A stretch of 64,000 bases of DNA from an uncultured Chthonomonadaceae bacterium (lineage in GTDB: Bacteria; Armatimonadota; Chthonomonadetes; Chthonomonadales; Chthonomonadaceae): positions 1,472,001 through 1,536,000 of the forward strand of contig CAWFQB010000001.1 of the NCBI GenBank assembly GCA_963817895.1, given 5' to 3'. Shown in pieces: positions 58,452 through 64,000 of the stretch. Each line of letters begins with the position of its first letter. Positions within the stretch are counted from its first letter, which is position 1. The notes under the pieces were generated by a model that saw nothing but the letters and a program-made list of their open reading frames with translations, was not told the DNA's origin and searched no databases. The position numbers and the translations under genes are program-made.

Positions 58452-59126
58452 TCACGCTTCGTTCACATAGCCGCCAAGCAGGTCGCGCAAACGCCGGAAG
58501 GCATTGGACAGACGGGATTTCACGGTTCCCACCGGCACATTCAGGGCTGAAGCCACTTCCTGATAGGTCAATCCCTGTAGCTCGTGCAGCACAATCACGT
58601 CCCGATGCTGGGGCGAAAGGTGCTGCAAAGCGGCTTCCACCCGCGCCGACAACTCCGATTTGCCTGCCGACAATTCCGGGTCTTCGCGCCAATCGTGGCT
58701 GGCAAGCGCGAGTTCCTCATTATAAGGGACGCTTTCCAGTTTGCGCTTGCGCCGAAACTCCAGACAGTGGTTCATGGCAACGCGATAAATCCATGTTCCC
58801 AACGCGGCCCCGCCCCGGAATTTGCCGATGCTCTTGTAAATGCCCAGAAAGATTTCCTGCGTCACGTCCTCGGCATCCGAAGCCGTTCCCGTAAACTGCA
58901 ACGCAAGGCGATAAATACGCGCTTCGTAAAGGTCGAGCAGTTGCGCGAACGCTTCCCGATTGCCCGCCTGCAACTGCCGGATAAACCACAGGTCTTCCGG
59001 CGTGGCCTTGTTGACGCCATGCTTGCCCGTCGGGGCAAGGCGCGGCAGTGGCGGCCCGCCCGCGAATTCCGGCGATGGCGCGGCAGTTCTCTCGTTTATC
59101 TGCGCGGTTTCAAGGCAAGTCGCCAT
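58452..59126 (-). CDS. ECF RNA polymerase sigma factor
   Basis: DAEDVTQEIF, TWIYRVAMN, LTYQEVA...GTVKSRL; start 59126 or 59234. Confidence 0.93.
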   Translation of the reverse strand: MATCLETAQINERTAAPSPEFAGGPPLPRLAPTGKHGVNKATPEDLWFIRQLQAGNREAFAQLLDLYEARIYRLALQFTGTASDAEDVTQEIFLGIYKSIGKFRGGAALGTWIYRVAMNHCLEFRRKRKLESVPYNEELALASHDWREDPELSAGKSELSARVEAALQHLSPQHRDVIVLHELQGLTYQEVASALNVPVGTVKSRLSNAFRRLRDLLGGYVNEA

Positions 59127-59378
59127 GCGGTCCCGGTGTTCGCGTTCCGCCGCCACGAGAGGAATTTGTCCACCCGTCGGCTGCAAACGCGCTTTCTTGC
59201 TGCGCCATTCAGAAATCGGTTCGTCAAATAACATTACTGTCCTGTACGTTCCGAAACCGGGCTGCTGTTTCCATGTTTCAGAGCGTCAATAGATTAGTTG
59301 CATACAAAGGGGAAATGGTTCAAAAACACAAACTATCCGTAAACCGTTTGCGTACCAAAGCACAGGAGGATGTCTGCC

Positions 59379-59891
59379 ATGCGAAAAAGTTCCTGGGTGG
59401 TTCTGGCGGTTTGCGCCGCGCTGTCGTTCGTTCTGGGATTTGCGTATCTGCTGTCGCGGACATCCGACGACACGCTGACGCAAGCGCAGGCGAATCAACT
59501 GGTTGGCCGTATGCAGGCGGCGGTAGCCCAAAAAGATGTCAACGCCATCATGGGCGTTATCGACCCCGACCCCGCAACCAAAGTGGCCGGCGTCAACCAG
59601 GATCAACTGCGCTTCATGCTGGCCCGCGCCCTGCGCGCGATGGATCATCCGCGCGCCGAAGTCAACAACATGGCGCTTGCGGGCGGAAGCAAGGGCGACG
59701 CCACCATTGACTTCGACCTTGCCGTGAAAACCGCCGGCCCCGATTACATGTCTATGCCCTATCAGGGCCATATTACCCTGCATTTGAAGCGCGTAGATGT
59801 GCCGCATCTGCTTGGCGTGTACCACACCAACGAATGGCGCATCGTCAGCGGCTCCACAACCGGCCCCCAGCCTGCGGAGATGGGGGAGTAG
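59379..59891 (+). CDS. Membrane-anchored hypothetical protein, possibly NTF2-like
   Basis: GGAGG RBS, N-terminal TM helix, C-terminal WRIV. Confidence 0.65.
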   Translation: MRKSSWVVLAVCAALSFVLGFAYLLSRTSDDTLTQAQANQLVGRMQAAVAQKDVNAIMGVIDPDPATKVAGVNQDQLRFMLARALRAMDHPRAEVNNMALAGGSKGDATIDFDLAVKTAGPDYMSMPYQGHITLHLKRVDVPHLLGVYHTNEWRIVSGSTTGPQPAEMGE

Positions 59892-59897
59892 GGGAGT

Positions 59898-60006
59898 AGG
59901 TTGTTAGTTGTTAGGTTTTTAGGTTGTTAGTTGCGGCTATGGAAGGTAGGTATTGCAAATTTCTGAGTGAACATCAGGAACCTAACAACCTAACAACTAA
60001 CAACCT
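59898..60006. repeat. Inverted GTTGTTA(G) tandem arrays, same family as 213-460
   Basis: AGGTTGTTAGTTGTTAGG... at 59898 and ...CCTAACAACTAACAACCT ending 60006. Confidence 0.85.
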
Positions 60007-60026
60007 GCATTTAGAAAGACGTACCG

Positions 60027-61642
60027 ATGTTCCTGTTTCGTTCTGTTGGGCGCGCGGCAACCGCAGCGCGCCTTTTAATAGCGGTTCTGGCGTTGGGGAT
60101 TGCCGGACTGGGGGCGCAGAAGTCTGATACCCCTGCCATTGAGAACGGGGAGCGGCTGTTCGCGGCGGCAAAGTTCGGCGACGCGCGGGACGTTTATACG
60201 CGCGCCTGAAGCAGATGCCGGACGACGTTGCCCTGCGGAATGGCCTGATTCAAACCTTGATGCGGCTGGATAGCTGGCAGCAGGCGCTGACGCAGGCGCA
60301 GGCAATGGTTCGCGACGCGCCCCAAAACGCGGACGCGCATGGCCTGCTCGCCCTGTCCCTGCTGCGGGCGGGGCAGCCCGTCGGCGCGGAGCGGGAAACG
60401 GTTCGCGCGCTGGAACTGGACCCGAAGAACTACTGGGGACTGGTTGCCGGGGGACGCCTGCGCCTGTGGAACGGGCAAAAGGCGCAGGCGCATGATATGC
60501 TCCGACAGGCCGCTCTGCTTCGCCCGCAAACGCCGGATGCGTGGTTTTATCTGGTAGATTCGTTTGAGGACGATGTTACCGAGGAGTTGCTTCACGACAT
60601 AGATGCCTATGCCGCGCTGAAGCCCAAAGGCCACCCCCACGATCTGGCAATGGAGTCCCTGCCCCCCCTGCGAACCTACCTGAACTATTTCAGCAACGAC
60701 TCGCCGTACCATGCCGACAAACCCGTTTCCGAAGATCAGTTAAAACAGGCGGATGCCGGAAACGCGCCGCCCGTTACCTTCAGCGCGTCCTTTGAGCGGG
60801 GCGGCAATTATGTTGTGCTGCCGGTAGTCATTAACAATCAGCCCATGCGGGTATTGTTCGATACGGGCGGCGGGTTCAGCATCGCCTTCAACAAAAAAGC
60901 CGCCGCGAAACTGAATTTGAAGCCGCTCGGCCAATCATTCGTGCGCGGCGTCAGCGGCAAGGAAGCGTCCACGCAGGCCAAAGCCGACACGATGACCGTA
61001 GGCAATGAGACGTTTCGCGCCATTCCCATTGACGCGCTGACCGGAGATGTGGGCGAAGAGGACGGCGTGTTCGGCGTCGGCAACTTCGACCACTATGCTG
61101 TGACTGTTGATTTCAGCGCAAAAAAACTGACTCTTGCGCGCGGCAAAACCGCTTTCGCTCCCGGCCCGGAACCGGGACGGCGCGTAGTCGTGTTGCCGTT
61201 TCACGATTTAGGCGGCGACATCATTATCCCGATTACCGTGGAGGGCCGGGACGTGTGGGCATTAGTGGATACGGGCGCGGACGCGGAAGTGATTTTATCG
61301 CTCGAACTGGCGCGGGAAGTGGCGGGCAAGCGCAAGCGCAAATCGTGGCTGAACCAATCCGTAAAAGACCGGCTTGGATTGGGCAATACCATCAAAAAAC
61401 AGAACCTACTCGTGTTCCGCGATCCCGTTGATGTTCGGGTTGGTGATCTGGACGGCAAACCGTTCGTGTCGCATATTCAGCCCGCGTTCGGCGCGGACCT
61501 GATAGACACGCAGGTCAACCCCGCTTCGATGTTTCAGGTGAGCGCGATTGTGGGCATCAATTTCATGAACAAAGCCGCCCGTGTCACCTTCGATTATCCC
61601 CATCACCTGCTCACGCTGGAATACCCGCCGGTGAAAAAGTGA
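60027..61642 (+). CDS. Secreted TPR protein with two retropepsin-like aspartic protease domains, frameshifted near 60206
   Basis: Signal peptide, TPRs, LFDTGG..GVFG and LVDTGA..AIVG motifs. Confidence 0.85.
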
Positions 61643-61773
61643 ACCGTATGACTGTTGCGTCCCTGACAAGGACAATCGCCGCGATTTTCAAGTCCATTTC
61701 CAATACTTTAGATGCGTTCGCCCTGCGGAACAGTGTTCGCCGCTTGACAGGGGTGTTATAATGGGTAAACAGT

Positions 61774-63063
61774 ATGCAGCCCGAACATTCCTGTGAGCAA
61801 CGAACCATGCCTGACAACAACAAATCAGCCGACTCAACACCGGACACGCGTACCGGAAACAGGGCAGAGAACCAACCCCAGGACAAACCGGCTTGCGCGG
61901 CGGAAAGCAAGAGATCAAAGTGGTTTCTGTTTAGCGGAGCGGGCAAAGCGACTGAAGCGGAAAAACGTCTACAGCGTTTGGAAGAGTTGCGGCGCGACCT
62001 GTATGGCGAAAACAGCGCGTTGGGCGAGTATGCCGTCAACACGCTGTTTACCATGCTGTGGATAGAAACCGCGAGTGAGCGTCTTGCCGTCGCCTGCGCC
62101 CTGAGCGACTCGCTTCCCCTGCCCGACAAAGGGGATGCGTCTCCGTTCGCGGCCCGTTTGTGCTATCGGGTTCAGGCTCCCGCCGCCGACCCATTAGCCG
62201 TTCCCCCGCTTTCGCCCCTGCTGCCGCCGAAGGGCGCGAAACTGCGGGAGTGGGCCGAACAGACGCTGCTGGCGATTTTTACGGACGCGCTGAACACAAT
62301 CAAACTGATGTTACGGCAAACACCGCCTGCCGCCGCCAACGCGCTGTATGTCGAAACCGATGTTTGCCATGCCGCGCTGCGTTTAGCGCCGCGCTTGAAA
62401 TCGCCCGCTCTCGTAGAAGCGACCCTGCGGCTGCTGCGGATGTTTCCTCCCGATCTCGCGCGTGAAACCGGCCCCTTCGGACGCCAAACGCCGGAACTGC
62501 GCTCCCTCGCGTCCCTCTACCTCGCCGCGCTGTCCCCTGATGATCTGTATCCGTTATGGGTGGGGCTGAACGGCTCTGACGCAAACCTGCGCCAGAGCCT
62601 GCTGCCCGTTCTGGACTATCTCAATGACCCTCGCGTGGTCTCCTATTTAATTAAAATGCTGGAGCGGCACAGCCAGTGGGCGGATGGCGACCTGGCGGCG
62701 TGGGCTGCGGTTCGCGCCCTGCAGCGATTGCGGGACCGCCGCGCCCTGCCGGTTCTGCGCCGCCTGGTCGCCATGTCAGAACGCGCCGCTGCCACTGCCT
62801 CGCCAACGCGCGCCACCTCCGCCCTCAATCCCGCGCTCATTCAGGCCGCCCGCCGCGCCATTGAATCCATCGAGCATCAGCGCCAGCCCAAAGAACACTC
62901 GTTTCTGCTGCGCCCCTCCCAACCCGATACCACGCGCCTGCTGCGCCCCGCCGAATCAATCCCCGACAGCGACGCGAACCACGCGGAACTGCTACGCTCG
63001 GACGGGGAAGAAGAGGAGAAAAGGAGAAGAGGAGAAGAGGAGACAGGAAAACAGGGAAATTGA
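61774..63063 (+). CDS. HEAT-repeat-like protein
   Basis: LNDPRVVSYLIKML, AVRALQRLRDRRALPVLRRL; tail with two LLRP repeats. Confidence 0.7.
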   Translation: MQPEHSCEQRTMPDNNKSADSTPDTRTGNRAENQPQDKPACAAESKRSKWFLFSGAGKATEAEKRLQRLEELRRDLYGENSALGEYAVNTLFTMLWIETASERLAVACALSDSLPLPDKGDASPFAARLCYRVQAPAADPLAVPPLSPLLPPKGAKLREWAEQTLLAIFTDALNTIKLMLRQTPPAAANALYVETDVCHAALRLAPRLKSPALVEATLRLLRMFPPDLARETGPFGRQTPELRSLASLYLAALSPDDLYPLWVGLNGSDANLRQSLLPVLDYLNDPRVVSYLIKMLERHSQWADGDLAAWAAVRALQRLRDRRALPVLRRLVAMSERAAATASPTRATSALNPALIQAARRAIESIEHQRQPKEHSFLLRPSQPDTTRLLRPAESIPDSDANHAELLRSDGEEEEKRRRGEEETGKQGN

Positions 63064-63137
63064 ACAGCAAAGATGCGAAAACGCTTGCAGTTCTTTTTCT
63101 CCTTTTCTCCTTTTCTCCTTATTCTCCTCTTCTTCCC
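63004..63137. repeat. Inverted AGGAGAA(G/A) tandem arrays between convergent genes
   Basis: GGGAAGAAGAGGAGAAAAGGAGAAG... versus ...TTCTCCTTTTCTCC...TTCTCCTCTTCTTCCC. Confidence 0.8.
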
Positions 63138-63138
63138 A

Positions 63139-64000
63139 TTACGCCGCTTTGAGCAGGGGCAGGCCCTCGCGTTCGCCGTTTGCTTCCGCGCAGGCGAGGC
63201 GGGAAAGCGGTTCGGACTGGCGGAAGTCGCGGGGAAAGACCGCGCTGCCGACGCCGAATCTCACAAGTGGTTTTAAGCCCTGCCAGCCCTTTTCCGACAG
63301 CCAACTGCCCAGGTTCTGCTCGATGCGGCGCGTGACGACATCCACGCTTTCCCCGGTAAACGGCAGAATGCAAGCGAATGTCTGCTCGTCGTAGCGGGTG
63401 AGTATGTCCACGCGGCGCATGCTGCGGCGCAGAATGTCCGAGGTTCCCGTCAGCGCCTCATCCCGCTTCAGCGTTCCCTGCGTTCGCGCCAGATTTGCCA
63501 GCCCCTCCAGACGGACGAAGATGACCGACATATCCGTACCCGTGCGACTGGCGCGGCTCACCTCCTCCTGCAAACGGTTGTCGTAGTAGCGGCGATTGTA
63601 CAGGCGCGTCAGATCATCCACAATCGGCGTCTGGTCTATCTGCGCCTGCTGCGTCTCCAATCGCTGCCGCATGTGCGTCAAGTGTAGTTGTGAAGTCCGC
63701 AGTTCGTCCGTATTCAGGATGTTCTTTAGTTTTTTGGTCGCGTTGCGCAGGATATGCGATACATAATTGCAGGAAATGCCCATTTGCCGGGCGATTTCGG
63801 TCTGGTTCAGGTCCTTGAAATAAAAGGCGAACAGGACGTGCTGTTCCAGTTCCTTTAGTTTGAGCATCGCGGTTTCCAGCACGATGCGATCTTCCACCGG
63901 CAACTGGAAACTGGTGGAGGGGTCGCTGCGCTGTTTGCGGTCTATGTCAACCGTGTTGCCGCTGTCCTCCTCGCTGTCCGTGCCGCCGTCAATGCTCGAT
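63139..64000 (-). CDS. SigB/SigF-like sigma factor (regions 3-4) fused to a degenerate GGDEF domain; 5' part outside window
   Basis: YFKDLNQTEIARQMGISCNYVSHIL (region 4), then DDLTRLYNRRYY and RRVDILTRYDEQTF in one frame. Confidence 0.85.
   Translation of the reverse strand, partial: SSIDGGTDSEEDSGNTVDIDRKQRSDPSTSFQLPVEDRIVLETAMLKLKELEQHVLFAFYFKDLNQTEIARQMGISCNYVSHILRNATKKLKNILNTDELRTSQLHLTHMRQRLETQQAQIDQTPIVDDLTRLYNRRYYDNRLQEEVSRASRTGTDMSVIFVRLEGLANLARTQGTLKRDEALTGTSDILRRSMRRVDILTRYDEQTFACILPFTGESVDVVTRRIEQNLGSWLSEKGWQGLKPLVRFGVGSAVFPRDFRQSEPLSRLACAEANGEREGLPLLKAA

Noticed and set aside
1..64000. tRNA, rRNA, prophage structural genes, integrases
   Set aside because: None recognised by eye; tRNAscan-SE and Infernal were not run

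Overview
GC-rich bacterial chromosomal window. A PEP-CTERM protein and the gene mix suggest a diderm, possibly Armatimonadota-like organism (inference only). Housekeeping and transport genes (metF, dtd, dacB, osmoprotectant ABC, RND efflux, APC permease, ECF sigma/anti-sigma) alternate with accessory islets: an orphan leader plus two-repeat mini-CRISPR array abutting an HTH/PIN operon and a restriction-modification locus (12.3-16.4 kb), a deleted IS605/tnpB element next to an intact IS982 (22.7-24.4 kb), several toxin-antitoxin pairs, an atypical J-like/GrpE-like/Hsp70 triad and an orphan adenine methyltransferase. The most notable non-obvious signals are: (i) a ~125-nt 5' leader that can fold as a pseudoknot over the Shine-Dalgarno of the gene at 26000-27445; (ii) the mini-CRISPR, whose single spacer contains an extended -10 box; (iii) a SigB/F-type sigma factor fused to a degenerate GGDEF domain with an intact RxxD site; (iv) one 11-bp-periodic triple-repeat motif upstream of two unrelated secreted-protein genes; (v) many inverted arrays of 7-9-nt tandem repeats, some translated in frame. 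Numerous single-base frameshifts probably reflect sequencing or assembly error. All protein calls come from motif recognition, not database searches.
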